Shown here: positions 36,001 through 49,896 of the stretch, one piece after another | How positions within the stretch are numbered: the first letter of the stretch is position 1 | Layout of the letters: every line of letters starts with the position of its first letter | Assembly (NCBI GenBank): GCA_051362555.1 | Contig: CM120644.1 | Location: 24,760,534 to 24,824,533 of the forward strand | Direction: 5' to 3' | Source of the DNA: Lingula anatina | Taxonomy: Eukaryota > Animalia > Brachiopoda | DNA length: 64,000 bases | The notes under the pieces: generated by a model | Told to the model about the DNA's origin: nothing | The model's database searches: none | Seen by the model: the letters and a program-made list of their open reading frames with translations, nothing else | Made by a program: the position numbers and the translations under genes

Positions 36001-38080
36001 TTTATTTATTTTCTCTGAAATTCACTTTGCTTGTCATGCGCCCTGATAATCTTCAGTTAAGCTAAAATTACACCACTAAACTGAGAATAAAAGATAAACC
36101 ACTGTGCCACATTTAAACGTTGTATATTCAGGGTGTAGACTCATGGTGTGAAGTACATATCAAACTAACTGCTTTGTAAAGTCGAAACGTGTGCAAATTG
36201 ATATCTTTATGCTCTTTGTTTACAATCTGGGATATCATTATAATATCTCGGATGATTTAAACACTTTTAACTCTAGTTAGATTACAAGGGTTACTCTCTT
36301 ATCACAACCTTATGTCAGAAATGTTAATATTCAATTCAACTGTACGGGTATAATACCGTATGTGCTATATCCATAGCGGCTCAAGCAAAGAAAAAAAAGG
36401 AGAAAATAACTCATGTTCAGAATCCGGAGACAAGGTGTTTTTGTCAGATAATAGGACACTCATTCCTACGGACATGTATTACGGCGGACATCCATTATCT
36501 TCACACCAGACATTGTCGCGTGCGCATTGCTGCCGTTAAATAAAAAAAAAAAACTGTGTAAATTGCAGATAGGAGCCATGAATTTCTGCAGCTAATCCAA
36601 CAAATGACTTGAATTTAGTTGAATCGGTAGCATAATAGGTAATATAACGCCACGTTATAATACACCTGAACCGCGTTCATTGGAAATAATGCGAGTTAAT
36701 TTTCATTTTTTAAAAACCTATTAACGCTATTGTTTTCAACCACAATATTCTAGCTGGACCCCCCCCCCCCCCCTCCCTCTTACGACCCCTCCCTCGATGT
36801 TGGGATTCAGGTAGTCCCGTGTTTCCATAAGAGAAGAAACGCCCATCTTTGTTCCCGCTAATCTCGATTGCAGTGAGTTCCCGTGCTATATGTCATCGTG
36901 CACAAAATATCCAATAACTCTTCGACTGGGTTCCCATGTCTAGATCGATCCATCTGGATCAGCCTAACTATCGAATCAGCTAGGGGGTAAAGGAAATTAC
37001 CCCCTAACAGCTCAACTAAGCGTGGCAGACATTTAAGCCGGTTAAGTTGATAGCAATTTAGTGAGACTCCCCAAGGAGATAGATCGATCCAAATATCTGT
37101 GAGAATGGTTCCTTTAAAAATGTTGACGTAGTGTCAAACCCGTGCAACTGCCATCATTTCACTGCTTTTGATGATGATTTTTGATCGTCGTTTTTGCAAG
37201 TGGATGACATTCGGCGGGAGGTGTTTTCTGAAAACAACATCGGCTCTGAGCGGCTGACGATGTACCTATATTTAGTACCAAAGCGTGGAGGGCGTATACG
37301 GCAGGTGTTTTTTTCGCCTTTAAATGAAAGGAGGCATAAGTAGAAATGGTAAACATCATTTTTTCATCTGCACGGTATGCTTTACGTTGCACTGTCACGT
37401 GTTGGCCCTAAGGATAGCTTGAAAATCTGTTCTCTCACTTCTGCCACCTGCAATGTTGTGTACATGGAAATATTGTAAGCGTTAAAATCAAGCCACTGTT
37501 TTTTAATACATTCAAAAACAATGCATTTTTCTACAATATGTGTACTTTTCTCTTCGAACCCGTGTGTTCTACCAATACATTTCTCAAACTACAGTATCTT
37601 AGAGCCCAACGCGTTCTTTGGATGGATACTTGTGTAGCACTGAAAAAATAAGAGCACAGTCCTTATGTCACTACGATGAACAGAGCCCAGTGAGAGAAAG
37701 CGGGGGTCCTGCTGGGATTTTCTTTAACTGGGCATTACATATCGGAGTCCCGTCAAAAGTGTGCATTTTTTGTTTAATAATGCCAGGAGCCACTAAATTC
37801 ACAGTCGACATTGAAATGATGAAAAAATATTAAAAAAAGGAATTGTTTTGCTTGCGTCTACTTTTGTAAAGCTGAATTTCAGTGCTAAGCAAAATAATAT
37901 TAATAAAGACAACATAACCAAAGCTCATTTGATTTTATTTCTAAAGATCAATTTGTGATTTAAAGTAGTGCCAATAACCAACAGTCTTATTTTTATATTT
38001 CTTGTTAAAAATATATAAACTTTTTGCCCGTGAATATTATTCACATGAAAATAGAAAGAAGATAATTTCACCTAATCTCA

Positions 38081-38294
38081 GACCCCATTCCCAGAGATTA
38101 GATCGATCCAACTAGATCGACCTAACTCCCTGGGGGTTCAAGCTAAATAGCTGTCAGCCGACCGGGCACGAAAGTTAATTACCCCCTTACAGCTTGTAGT
38201 AGGCGGGATGGACATTTAAGCTGGATTAGCTGACAGTAATTCAGTGAGACTTCCCACCAGGATAGATCGATCTAAAATCTATGGGAATGCGCCC
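38081..38294. mobile_element. PIF/Harbinger-like MITE (214 bp)
   Basis: Imperfect TIR GACCCCATTCCCAGAGATT / AATCTATGGGAATGCGCCC with 3-bp TSD TCA on both sides. A near-identical inverted copy lies at 47845-48058. Confidence 0.8.
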
Positions 38295-38580
38295 TCATAG
38301 TTTCATTAACAGATACACATGAAGCACACTGTTAACAATTAAATTCTAAAAACTATAAATGAAATATGAATAATATGTTGGTCTGCAAAGGCTCAAAGTG
38401 CTAAAAGTGATCAATCCTCATTCGCCTTTAATTTATGCTGACATTTATCTTACTTATCTACAATTTATAGATCATTTAAAGTGTGCATATTAAACAACCA
38501 TACATGTATTACCGCTTCATTCTAAGATTCGTTTGTTGTGTGTTCATTACATATTTTTCGGTGATTAATATCACAACCCT

Positions 38581-39875
38581 TAGTCCATGAGCCAAAGGCC
38601 AAAAAATCCAATTTGGCTGCACCCCCCGTCAGGCAAAGGTTTTATGATTGATTCTTGTAGTTTAGAACCTGAATTTTTCATTTCTGCTTGTTTCCGGCTT
38701 GAAAAAGTGTCCGTTTGTACCGGAAACAGGCCAAAACCAAGATGGCCGCCAATAAATTCATGTGTCAACTGTAAATACAAAAATTGATTTAAAAGTTACT
38801 GCACAACTTATTATTATCAAAATTTGCACTGATCACAAGTACTTAGGCCTTCTTTGATTTTTCAGGCACTTTACATTTTTCAAGATGGCGACTGAATCCA
38901 AGATGGCGGCCATTTTCCTTACTTTTTGTGAAAAAAATACAAATTCCTAAATTTGAAGTTTTTTTATTAACCAAAAATTAGGAATATTTTACATGTTTTG
39001 ATTTATTTGAATAAGCTGAAGTCTATATTTTTAATTTTTACCAGTTAATTTATCACAAAATTGTACGTTTGAACACAGATGGCTCTAATCCAAGATGGCC
39101 ACCACATAAAATGGGCTTTTTGTTTTGATATGTTAACAAGCCTTACTTAGTATAAAACACCTCAGACTACTTAATGGAGGATTTATTGCAAAGGTCATGG
39201 TATGAAATGTATGACTGAATAATTTAAATTGTTTTGAGATTTTGTTCTGGGTATAAAAATCCAAAATGGCCACCAATTTCTGGATTCAAAACGTACATTA
39301 TTTTGATTTGCATGTTGAAAAACATCAAATTGAATAATAAGCAAATTAAAAATATTTATTTTTTGGTAAATTTATCTGTATTGTAATGTCATGTTGCTTC
39401 TTAGACACTTTATTCTACCAAAAAGTGATTATTTTTGCTTTTTTATCATGATTCCAAGTTGACCATTGATAAAAATGAACTGCACGCTACCTGTATGGAC
39501 AATACCACGTTGTGAGCCTTACTTAATAGGCTATTTCTGAGCTTTATTGTTCAAGTTATGGAAAGGAATATATAACTGAATGATTCAAAATGGTTTTAGG
39601 CTTACAGTTTAGGGTTGAAAAGTCCAAAATGGCCGTCAATTTCTGGATTCAAAGCAAACAACATTTTGATTTGCATGTTGAAAAGCATCAAATTGAATGA
39701 TAGGCAAATCATAAAAGTATATATTTTGATAAACTGCAGTGTTCTTTTACTGTTTAGAATCTAATTTTTTTCCAAAAAGTAATTATCTAAGCTCCAATCA
39801 TCAAAAATATCCAAGATGGCCACCAACAAAAATGAATTTTTAGGTAAACATGGATGAAAACACACTGTTGAGTCG

Positions 39876-39955
<80 letters not shown>

Positions 39956-42900
39956 TGTAATTAATAAGGTTGAGAGAATCTCAAATGCTTTGCCATTTTC
40001 TTGAATAGAAATTGATGCATAACACACAAGGGACAGCAATTTTTTCAGCAGCAGCTATATAATGTTCAATATTGCAGAAAAAATGCATGCCCAAAACGCC
40101 CTAACAAGAGTGACGTACATCATTTACAAGTGAAATATCAATAGTTTGTTATATGGGGTATGGGCTGTAAAATTTAATTTTCATATGATAGCACTTCTAT
40201 TGTTACATTTCAAATGGACTTGGGTTACTGGTACATTGCTTGTTGAAAGTTCCCTGTCAAGCTTGGTGGAAGAGCCAGGATCTACCATTAGTAGTGATAA
40301 GATTTCTCACATTCTGCTAGGTGTTAATCGTAAAGAAGAATCAGACTTATCCTAACCTCAAGCAACCAAGAGGTGAATATCTTTAATTTATCTAAAAAAA
40401 GGGATGGCTAACATGCAGCTGTAGCATTATTCTACATGTATAAATCCGGGAAGCAATCACTATCATAAACTAAGACCAGCAAAGAAGTTGCAAGAAAATG
40501 TCTAGATCTCCAAGAACATCTTTTGTCTCTTTAGAGAACAGCGCTGGATAATAATACATTCAGGGAACTCATGAAGTGGTGCTGCAGAGTGAAGTACATT
40601 TATGGTGAATGATGTATGGCACATGTACATGTAAGTGACGATGAAAGAGTTCAAGCACAACGTGACAAATGATGTTTATGATACAATGTATATATAGGTG
40701 CAGATAATTCTTGCACCTCACGGACAGGTACTGCTCAATATGTTCCATGAATTATTTTAAAATCCAACATTATTCTGTTGAGAGGAAAAATATTTGGAGA
40801 TCCAAACATTGGAGAAACACAGACTAAAACAAACTTTCTTAATAACCTTATTAACAAACAGATCACCACCAAAATCTACTTACTTTTAGCCTAAAAATGA
40901 CCTATCCTAAACACTTCATTAAAGTTTATCCTGAAATTTTTGAGTTAGGCTGGTAAAAATCTGAGAAACCATAACAAATGAACAAAGGAAGGTAAAAATG
41001 TGACCTTCTCGGAAGAGGTAATAAAGCATGCATACTAGGCTCCTGCATACATTTGTGTATATGGATCAGAGACCTGAACACAGGGCAAGAGGCTCACTCT
41101 CTTAAAACAAAGGTGGTTGCACACAAATTTTGGCATCATCAGGCAAGCCAGAGTAACTATTACAGAAGTTTTAAACAGGCATTTCTGTGCTTAAGAAGAC
41201 TAAGTTGACTTGGACATGTGAACTAGATGAATGTTGCATAGCAAAATCCCAAAACAGCTGTCACCTGTACTATTTGACCAATTGGTTTTGGGTAGCAATC
41301 TCAGAGGAAGACCATGGTTGATATTTAAGGACTGACACTTGCAAAAGCAGCCTGTTGAATTCCACACAGTGACACACTGGCAAAGGAGTAAACATAAGAG
41401 CAAAGTAGAATAAATCTAATTCAGTCTCTCAAATAAAGACTAAAAGAAGTCAACAACTCGCTACAGCAAAATGCACTTGCTTATAAACATGGAAAAGATG
41501 ACCCATGAGGGAATCCGAAGTTAAAAGACTATGGATACCAAATTGAGATGTTCATTGCTCCATAAGATTCTTTACTTGAGCGGTGACCATATTGAATATT
41601 GTAGACATGAAACTGGTTTAAAATATCAAAAAAAAAAATTTAAACTTCTAAATAAAGGCTTAACTGTTTAACATGATGTATTCAAGAAATATTTGATGTA
41701 ATGATTGTCCCAGCCACATTAATTGAAAATCATTTGCAGTGGCAGCCCATCTTGACTTTATTGATGGTTTTTGGCCATGACTTACTAGCAAAAGGAGACT
41801 GGAATTCAATCAAATTAATTAAATGTATAACTTTTTAGAATTATCATTTGATTTTGATTATTTTTACTTTTTTATTTACATGAATGGCTTATGGTAAGAA
41901 TTCACAGTTACTAGTAGTATGGTTGCCATTTTGGATATCCTGTCATATTTGAACCATTCGTAATCATACCAAAATAGGGAAAAGGAGTCTGCAATATAAA
42001 CAATTTTATTAAAAACATGTACATTATGCTTTTTATATTCATTTTCAATGAAGTTTGATTTTTTCTCATTACGTACAGAAAATTTATGGGTTAAAAAATC
42101 AGAAGGAATTAGCTTTTTTCAATTCTGTAGCCTTCCAAAAATTTGAATTGCATTAAACAATACTGTAGATAAAATATTGCATGAAAAAGACATTCAATTT
42201 GGAATCTAGAAAGACATAAAGCTTTCATTCATAATCAACTCACTATAAAGTGGAATTCTTTTTCATTGGTAGCCGTCATTGATTTATGGCAATCAAGTAA
42301 AATATGATGAATTTAAGGAAATATGAATGATCAAAGTAACAAGAAAGGCCTGGATGTTAAAGGCTACATTAAAGATATATGTGGCAGTGGTTTTAAAATA
42401 ATGTTTCTTTAATTTCTCTCTCTATATATATATTATTAGTAATGAATCAGATAAATAAGCATATTTAATGTATGTAATGGCAGCCATCTTGAATATTAAT
42501 TGCAATGGAAAAATCTGAGAAAGTTTCTTTGATATAATTCAAAGAAAAAGTTATTTAATGATAAAAAGTAATACAATAAGTTCAAAAAAGTACAGAAATA
42601 CTGTGTATGCAGTTTAGTAAGGCTCTCAACATGGTATTGTCCACACAGGTAAATGCAGTTCATTTTTAACAATGGCTATCTTGGAATCATAATAAATGAA
42701 ACTAGAATAACCCTTTTTGGCAAAATTAAGGACATTGCAATACAGATAAATTTACCAAAAATATGTTGTATGTCATGAATCCAGAAATTGGCGGCCATTT
42801 TGGATTTTTACACCCTAAACAAAATCTCAAAGCAATTTAAATTATTTGGTCATATATCTAAGTTCATAACTTGAGCAATGATGCACAGGTATATGAATTT

Positions 42901-43855
42901 GGTAAGGCTCACAACATGTGGTATTGTCCATACGGGTAGCGTGCCGTTAATTTTTATCAATGGCCAACTTGGAATCATGATAAAAAAAGCAAAAATAACC
43001 ATTTTTTGGTAGAATAATGTGTCTAAGAAGCAAAATGAGATTGCAATACAGATAAATTTATCAAAAAATAAATATTTTTAATTTGCTTATTATTCAATTT
43101 GATGTTTTTCAACATGCAAATCAAAATAATGTATGTTTTGGATCCAGAAATTGGCAGCCATTTTGGAATTTTATACCCTGAAAAAAATCTCAAAACAATT
43201 TAAATTATTCAGTCATACATTTCATACCATAACCTGTGCAATAAATCCTCCATTAAGTAGTCTGAGATGTTTTATACTAAGAAAGGCTTCTTGACATATC
43301 AAAACCAAAAGCTCATTTTATGTGGTGGCCATCTTGGATTAGAGCCATCTGTGTTCAAACGTACAATTTTGTGATAAATTAACTGGTAAAAATTAAAAAT
43401 ATAGACTTTAACTTATTCAAATAAATCAAAATATGTAAAATATTCCTAATTTTTGGTTAATAAAAAAAACTTCAAATTTAGGAATTTGTATTTTTTCACA
43501 AAAAGTAAGGAAAATGGCCGCCATCTTGGATTCAGTCGCCATCTTGAAAAATGTAAAGTGCCTGAAAAATCAAAGAAGGCCTAATTACTTGTGATCAGTG
43601 CAAATTTTGATAATAATAAGTTGTGCAGTAACTTTTAAATCAATTTTTGTATTTACAGTTGACACATGAATTTATTGGCGGCCATCTTGGTTTTGGCCTG
43701 TTTCCGGTACAAACGGACACTTTTTCAAGCCGGAAACAAGCAGAAATAAAAAATTCAGGTTCTAAACTACAAGAATCAATCATAAAACCTTTGCCTGACG
43801 GGGGGTGCAGCCAAATCCTTAAATAAGGCCTTTTTTCAATTTGGCTCATGGACTA
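38581..43855. mobile_element. Non-autonomous DNA transposon with ~0.9-kb TIRs (Academ-like), 5.3 kb
   Basis: Termini TAGTCCATGAGCCAAA ... TTTGGCTCATGGACTA, with 3-bp TSD CCT (38578-80 and 43856-58). Arms ~38581-39525 and ~42900-43855 are reverse complements with repeated CAAGATGGC motifs. No intact ORF is present. The superfamily is inferred from the TAG..CTA ends and the 3-bp TSD. Confidence 0.8.
39882..39952. repeat. (TA)n microsatellite inside the Academ-like element
   Basis: Direct reading. Confidence 0.95.
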
Positions 43856-43892
43856 CCTAACATTATCTCGGTGTCAAATCATTAAGCCATTG

Positions 43893-46082
43893 CTAAGCGA
43901 TATACATATACGCGGATATTTTTCCTCCGGCGGTCCCAAGAACAAGCTCCCCGTTACTGTTGACATCGAGTGACAAAGGAGGATAAATGACGTCACTTTT
44001 CGTCAAAATGTTACATATAAATCTTCCGTCTGGACCAAGTACAACTACCCTGTAATTGCTGTTGTCAGCTATGAATATATGTCCAAACTTATCAACGCAC
44101 ACTCCTCGAGGATGATTTAGTTGTCCGTCTCCACTTCCACTCTGACCTCGTGCTCCGTATTGGAACATGACGTCACCCTGGGGAGTCACTGCATACACAC
44201 AATGGGTGCTGAAGTCGCTGACTATGATTGCATTGATGTGGTGGTATGCACAGCGCAGTGGACCTTTACTACACATTGGGATAGGAATTTTGTTAACAGG
44301 TTGAAAAGATTCCATGTCGTACACACAGATGCACTGTGCACCACTATCACACACGTACACCTTACCCTCTGTACGGTCCACAGTGACACCCCAAGGGTTA
44401 GACATATCACCCTGACCAAAACATAGGATAACCTGACCTGATGTTGAATACAGTCTACAGCATTTATCCATGCATGTGACCACGAATCTATCGTTACTGA
44501 CTGTAGTGATACACCTCACCCCTCTCTTTATACTGATATCACGATTACATTGACCTGTGCTGGAGAATACGTACACTGTATCACGAAACTTGTAATAACC
44601 ATGTAAAACTAAAATACAACCGCCATCTGTGCACTGGATATCCCACGGCAAATTCCTCACGTTAAAACAAACATTCCGCTCCGGTTTGTCAAGCCAGGTT
44701 ACCTTCAGAAATTCCTTCAGCGCAAGATAGTTCGCTCTCTTTTGTTTTAAACTTCCAAAATACGTATCCAAAGGACCCTGGTATGTTTTGGCCGTAATTG
44801 GCCCCGTTTTGATGGATAGCTGTGGTTCAGGGATTTTAGGAAACTGTAGCACAACGTCCATTTCTGTTTGCCCTGGTGTAAATGTTATGTCGGTGATCTT
44901 GGTGTCAAAGACTGGTTCTACTGTCTCTAACTCCTGTATTTTAGTTTGGAGTTTTTTAGAGTGGGTCATGACCTCGATGTCAGAAGCGGTGTCTGTGAGT
45001 TGCTGAGCGAAATCACGAATGCTCTGAATGGAAATCTTGTTCATTTCTAGCTGGTCCTTTTCAGCTTCTAAACTCTTCACCTGCGTGGACGTGAGTGCTT
45101 TCACTTCTGCCGATAATTTCTTGCTTTTATTATCTATAAATCTTTTCATTTCGATGTAATCGGACTGTACTTTTGTTTCATAAATTTCCAAATGCTGTTT
45201 GACAGTGGTTAAATACGCGTCGGTCTGTTGACGTACGTCCTTCTCTACTAGTTCATAATAATTTTTGATTTCTTTTTGAATAGTTTTACTGTTTTCATTT
45301 ATCTCCTTGTGCATATCAATTTTTTGAGAATCCACCAAACGAAGAACCTTGGTCTGATTTTCAGTCAGCCTGTCTTCGGTTCGAACAATGACATTTTCTG
45401 CCTTTTCAAAACTAGACAGTTTTTCGGTTGGAAGGCATTTTATTTTCTCTTGTATTAGATCGCGTTGAACTTTCACCACATCCCCTATTTTTTTGAAATT
45501 GTGTTTGCTGTGGGTTTCTACAATACATTCTCTGCATATAACAGTGTCATCATATTCACAATAGAATGCCAGCGGTTCTCCGTCGTGTTTGTCGCAGAAT
45601 TGAGCTTCATCTAATACGCGGCGTAACTGTTCTCGCATGTTATCCGAAAAGTCGACATGTGACAGAGGTACAAAGTGATGTCCATTTAATGCCGGTATTT
45701 TGTCATGGATGTCGCGGCAAATAGCACACAGTTGGTTGGTTTTGGGACAACCTTGGCACAGCAAAGTGGCATTTTTATGGTTACAATACTCACAAAGTCT
45801 CCCTTCGGGCGCTTTTTGGTCTTTAATGAAGTTTTCTACTTTCCTTAAAAAAAAGTTTTTCACAAGAGTTGCTAACCCACCTGGTGGTACGGGGGCCTCG
45901 TGACGACACACGGGACAGGAGAACTTGTTCTGGACACCATTCTTGGCTGCATGGTCAGCAATACATTCCAGACAGAACGTGTGGTAACAGGGTAACACTC
46001 TCGGATCTTTATATTCCTCCAGACATATATGACATGTTAAAAAGTTCTCACTGAAGACGTTATAGAAGTCTTCCATCGCCAT
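43893..46082 (-). CDS. TRIM-NHL protein, ~729 aa, single coding exon (G6)
   Basis: Uninterrupted ORF with the same architecture. The first ATG is at 46082 (MAMEDFYNVFSENFLTC). Confidence 0.96.
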   Translation of the reverse strand: MAMEDFYNVFSENFLTCHICLEEYKDPRVLPCYHTFCLECIADHAAKNGVQNKFSCPVCRHEAPVPPGGLATLVKNFFLRKVENFIKDQKAPEGRLCEYCNHKNATLLCQGCPKTNQLCAICRDIHDKIPALNGHHFVPLSHVDFSDNMREQLRRVLDEAQFCDKHDGEPLAFYCEYDDTVICRECIVETHSKHNFKKIGDVVKVQRDLIQEKIKCLPTEKLSSFEKAENVIVRTEDRLTENQTKVLRLVDSQKIDMHKEINENSKTIQKEIKNYYELVEKDVRQQTDAYLTTVKQHLEIYETKVQSDYIEMKRFIDNKSKKLSAEVKALTSTQVKSLEAEKDQLEMNKISIQSIRDFAQQLTDTASDIEVMTHSKKLQTKIQELETVEPVFDTKITDITFTPGQTEMDVVLQFPKIPEPQLSIKTGPITAKTYQGPLDTYFGSLKQKRANYLALKEFLKVTWLDKPERNVCFNVRNLPWDIQCTDGGCILVLHGYYKFRDTVYVFSSTGQCNRDISIKRGVRCITTVSNDRFVVTCMDKCCRLYSTSGQVILCFGQGDMSNPWGVTVDRTEGKVYVCDSGAQCICVYDMESFQPVNKIPIPMCSKGPLRCAYHHINAIIVSDFSTHCVYAVTPQGDVMFQYGARGQSGSGDGQLNHPRGVCVDKFGHIFIADNSNYRVVVLGPDGRFICNILTKSDVIYPPLSLDVNSNGELVLGTAGGKISAYMYIA

Positions 46083-46212
46083 CTTGGTTATTTTATCTCC
46101 AAGGCTGTGCACAGAGCTGTGTAGACGCGGACCCTCTCGGGTTATTGGTGCAAAAAATTCCCTGCATTCATTTTCCTTTTAGTATGTAAATATGATGATG
46201 GCCCAATTTTAA

Positions 46213-47333
46213 CCCCATAGAGCCCGTCACCGCATATGTGCGGTTCAATTATCGCTTACCCCAAACGCCCAGAACCGCATATGTGCGTATCTTGGAAAGA
46301 TCGTCTTCTGTACTCTTTTGTATCGTGAGTCATAAAATGATATATAGTTTAACATCCGGGTATGTTTCTTGTCTCTCATTGCCACCATTTTTAAAGGCGA
46401 TAGAAATATATATGAGCGAGAAAACGGCGATTTTCAAGACTTAGGTGGAGAAAGTAAAATCAAGATGTCGGCCCCTCGCTACGGTAGGGACCTGCGAAGG
46501 GATACTGTTATTGAAATGATTGAAAACCCGGACTTTGATGAGAAGTTTTCGTGTGACAGTGACATAGACAGTGACGATGATATTCATTTATTTATGATAT
46601 AAAGGACGATAGAAATATATATGAGCGAGAAATCGGCTATTTCCTAGACTTAGCTGAATAAAGTAAAATCAAAATGGCGACTTCTCACTACGGAAGAGGC
46701 TTGCGAATGGATACTGTTATTGAAATGATTGAAAACTACGACACTGATCAGGTGTTTTCGAGTGACAATGATATAGACAGAGGGGAAGATATTCCTTTAT
46801 TCATGATAAAAGTTTTAAAGATGTTTTTGCCATAGATGGTGTTAAAAATTGACTTCTATTCAGCTCTGGCCACGATGTTCAGGTGAGCTGAAAAGCTGGC
46901 TCAAGTAGGTATACCTGGTAGCAAAACGAGCATAACTTGGAAATTAATGGAGATAACTTGCTGAAATTTCCTGGATTGAAAGTTACTATAATTGACATCA
47001 TCTCTGTGAATTTTCAGGCAAATTTATGGAGAAATAAAAAATTGATGTGCATAAGATAAATCAACTTTGTTTTATTTCACCCATTATCAAATGAAAATGT
47101 AGTTTTTAACCGGCCATAATTCTTTGTACAGTGCGTTGAATTTAAATGTAATTCTATTTTTATTTAGCTTGAAATGTTGGCTTTTTAAAAATGTATACTT
47201 TGTATGGGTAATAAAGGCAAACAAATAAATTATGGCCAATTTACTGAAGTGACCCGGCTTTTCAAGGCTAGCTCACAGGATTAATTGGGCACAGCAGAAC
47301 TTTATGGGTCAGCATTAACTGGATCCTATGGGG
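46213..47333 (+). mobile_element. Non-autonomous piggyBac-like element (1.1 kb)
   Basis: TTAA|CCCCATAG ... CTATGGGG|TTAA (TSDs 46209-12 and 47334-37). An internal ~210-bp duplication (~46393-46600 / ~46603-46810) encodes an acidic peptide, MSAPRYGRDLRRDTVIEMIENPDFDEKFSCDSDIDSDDD, resembling a piggyBac transposase N-terminus. Confidence 0.8.
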
Positions 47334-47844
47334 TTAAAAGAATAAGTGCTCTTTACAATGGAGCGTGCATTTGGTATTCAGGAAGGTACTCGTAACAAAG
47401 CTTTTGGAGAGTTGTCGCTAAGTGCAGTGTGTCATAACAGATCTAAACAGTAGGAGAGGTGTATTACATTTGCCTAGAACCTTCAAAAAGGCCACGTCAA
47501 CTGTAAAATATCCAGGGTCGTATACACGTAGTTGTTATTGCTACAAGAGAATACTGCCGAACGACATACATTGGGGATGTCTGCATATCGGATGCGAAAA
47601 CAACATAATTATGAAATGAAATTATAATCACAAACACAGGAGAAACTAAATGATGTTAAAAAATAACAGTGATTTTCTTTTTTTTCTACGAACCAAAAAC
47701 AAACCTTGTAAAACGAGTGTCTATACGTATACATGTCGTAGGACACTCATGTATATGCACTCGTAGTTCACTTTTATGTAGTGCATTTTCTTAAAATCAA
47801 GTGAAACCTTTAATGTACAGGTGTGTAGACAGCAATCTAACTAC

Positions 47845-48058
47845 GGGCGCATTCCCATAGATTTTAGATCGATCTATCCCCGTTGGAAGTCTCACTAGAT
47901 TACTGTCAGATAATCCGGCTTAAATGTCCGTCCCGCCTACTACTAACTGTAAGGGGGTAATTAACTTTCGTGCCCGCTCGGCTGATAGCTATTTAGCGTG
48001 AACCCCCAGGGAGTTAGGTCGATCTAGTTGGATCGATCTAATCTCTGGAAATGGGGTC
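47845..48058. mobile_element. PIF/Harbinger-like MITE (214 bp), inverted copy of 38081-38294
   Basis: Reverse-complement match over the full length, with flanks TAC/TAA. Confidence 0.8.
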
Positions 48059-48610
48059 TAAGAGTGCAGCAATAAAGTAAGGTCATGTTTGTATTTGTGA
48101 AGACGAGGACGATGTAAGGTCATGGTTAAGCTATGTTATTCAGAGCAGGTTGTGTAGTGTATGCCCCCCCCCCCAACAACTACCTCACCTCTCTCTTTCT
48201 CTCTGTGTGTTCAAGCATGAATGAAGTGATATTAACTCTCACAATTTATATACTGCTGGGCCCTGTATTACGATGTGATGTTAACATTATTTCCGTAGCT
48301 TGTATTTCGGTGATATTTCTCTTCCTTGGATTTCGGTGATATTAACGGGTACACATAACTGTATAAAATATAAAATGGGAGCAACTCTAGGGACACTGTG
48401 CTGTGGTTATCTTCCATTGTACACAGAAGAGGAAAAGGGGAGAAAAAGGAAGAGAAAATAATCAACATTTAAAATAAAGTGAAATAGTTAATGTACAGGT
48501 AAGCAAACGACATGTAGCTGTAACAGGTCATGTTTGCTTTTGTTAAGGCGATCAGGAAGATGTAAGGTTGTGGTTAAGCTAGAGAAGCTTAAGCGTTGTG
48601 GTTAAGCTTA

Positions 48611-48645
<35 letters not shown>

Positions 48646-48867
48646 GAGAGAGGGCTAAAAGTAAAAATGCCTCGACTCGATCCGTTAAAAAAAAAACAAT
48701 TTCCCTTAACAAGGGGAAATAAGTCTTCTTTACGTTACCCACTCAAAAAATTCAGAAATAAACAAGTGTCCATTAAATGTTCTAGCCATCTGCATATTTA
48801 GACAACATTTGAATCCCACGCTGTCTCCATTTGTATACAAATTTATTTATTTATTGGTATTTTTAAG

Positions 48868-48899
<32 letters not shown>

Positions 48900-48989
48900 C
48901 AGTAAGCATGATCAGCTCCATATCGGCTGCAGAAACTTCCGGGATGATGATTTCTGACTTAAAAGACTCAGAGAGATCGTTGCTGAACA

Positions 48990-49206
48990 TGACTCCCATG
49001 AAAATCTGACTCCCCCCATGAAAATTTGACTACCCCTCCACAAAATTCATAAATCTTATTTTATTTGAGTATATGACTGTGATCTTGTAGTATGTAAGAA
49101 GGAGGATACATTGGCACTTTTTTTAGTTTGCAGGTGAATATTTTCATGAAAAAATAAGAAAATTAAAAATGTGCACTTAACAGCCCATTGTCTCCCCTAT
49201 GAAAAA
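48990..49206. mobile_element. Fragment of the Ginger1-like family
   Basis: GACTCCCATGAAAATCTGACTCCCCCCATGAAAATTTGAC... matches the subterminal repeats of 21257-24727. No intact terminus or TSD is seen. Confidence 0.75.
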
Positions 49207-49679
49207 GGTTTATGTCTCCTCCATCTCAGTGTACCACCAACTTTTATGGTCTCATTCATAGCAAGAAAGAAGGCAACAAGGAGTATTGATTGTTCGTGAT
49301 TTGGCCAAACAAGGCCGCTTTTATTATATAACCCCTCTATCCTGATCGTTATAACAATAATAACAATGTAGCAAATTGTTGGCTGTATTAAATGTTATGG
49401 CCTTAGGGATAAATATTATATATCAAGTATTCAATAAGACTCATCATCCTAAAAATTATGATGCGACGAGTCAGCAAAAGTTATTATTTACCAACAATTT
49501 TGCACAAATTTCATTTGTGGGGTTGCAAAGAGGCCATAACCTTGACTGGTGCCCAAACGCACTGGGCAAGGAAAACCCCACAAAGGAAAGCATGAAGTAA
49601 TCCAATGCAGTTTGGAGAACAATGAACTTCCACAAAAATAATGGCTATTAGTAAAAGGAAAATGAGTAAGTAAGTGAAT

Positions 49680-49845
49680 TATGAAAGCGTGCATGCACAT
49701 ACACCCGTCACAGTAGGGAAGAAAGTATAAATAAATAAACAAATATGTCATAAAAGCATGCCACTCAACCCGACGTAGCGGGGAGGTTAGTAAATAAATG
49801 TCATAAAAACATGCCACTCAACCCGACGTAGCGAGGAGGATAATA

Positions 49846-49896
<51 letters not shown>

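Noticed and set aside
40200-41600. Transposase remnants inside the Academ-like element
   Set aside because: Only short Cys-containing frames are present, with no recognisable catalytic motif by eye. A translated HMM search would be needed.
38081-48058. Composite transposon formed by two inverted MITEs around G6
   Set aside because: Each MITE has its own flanking duplication (TCA/TCA and TAC/TAA), and the conserved TRIM 3' flank continues across the left copy, indicating independent insertions.
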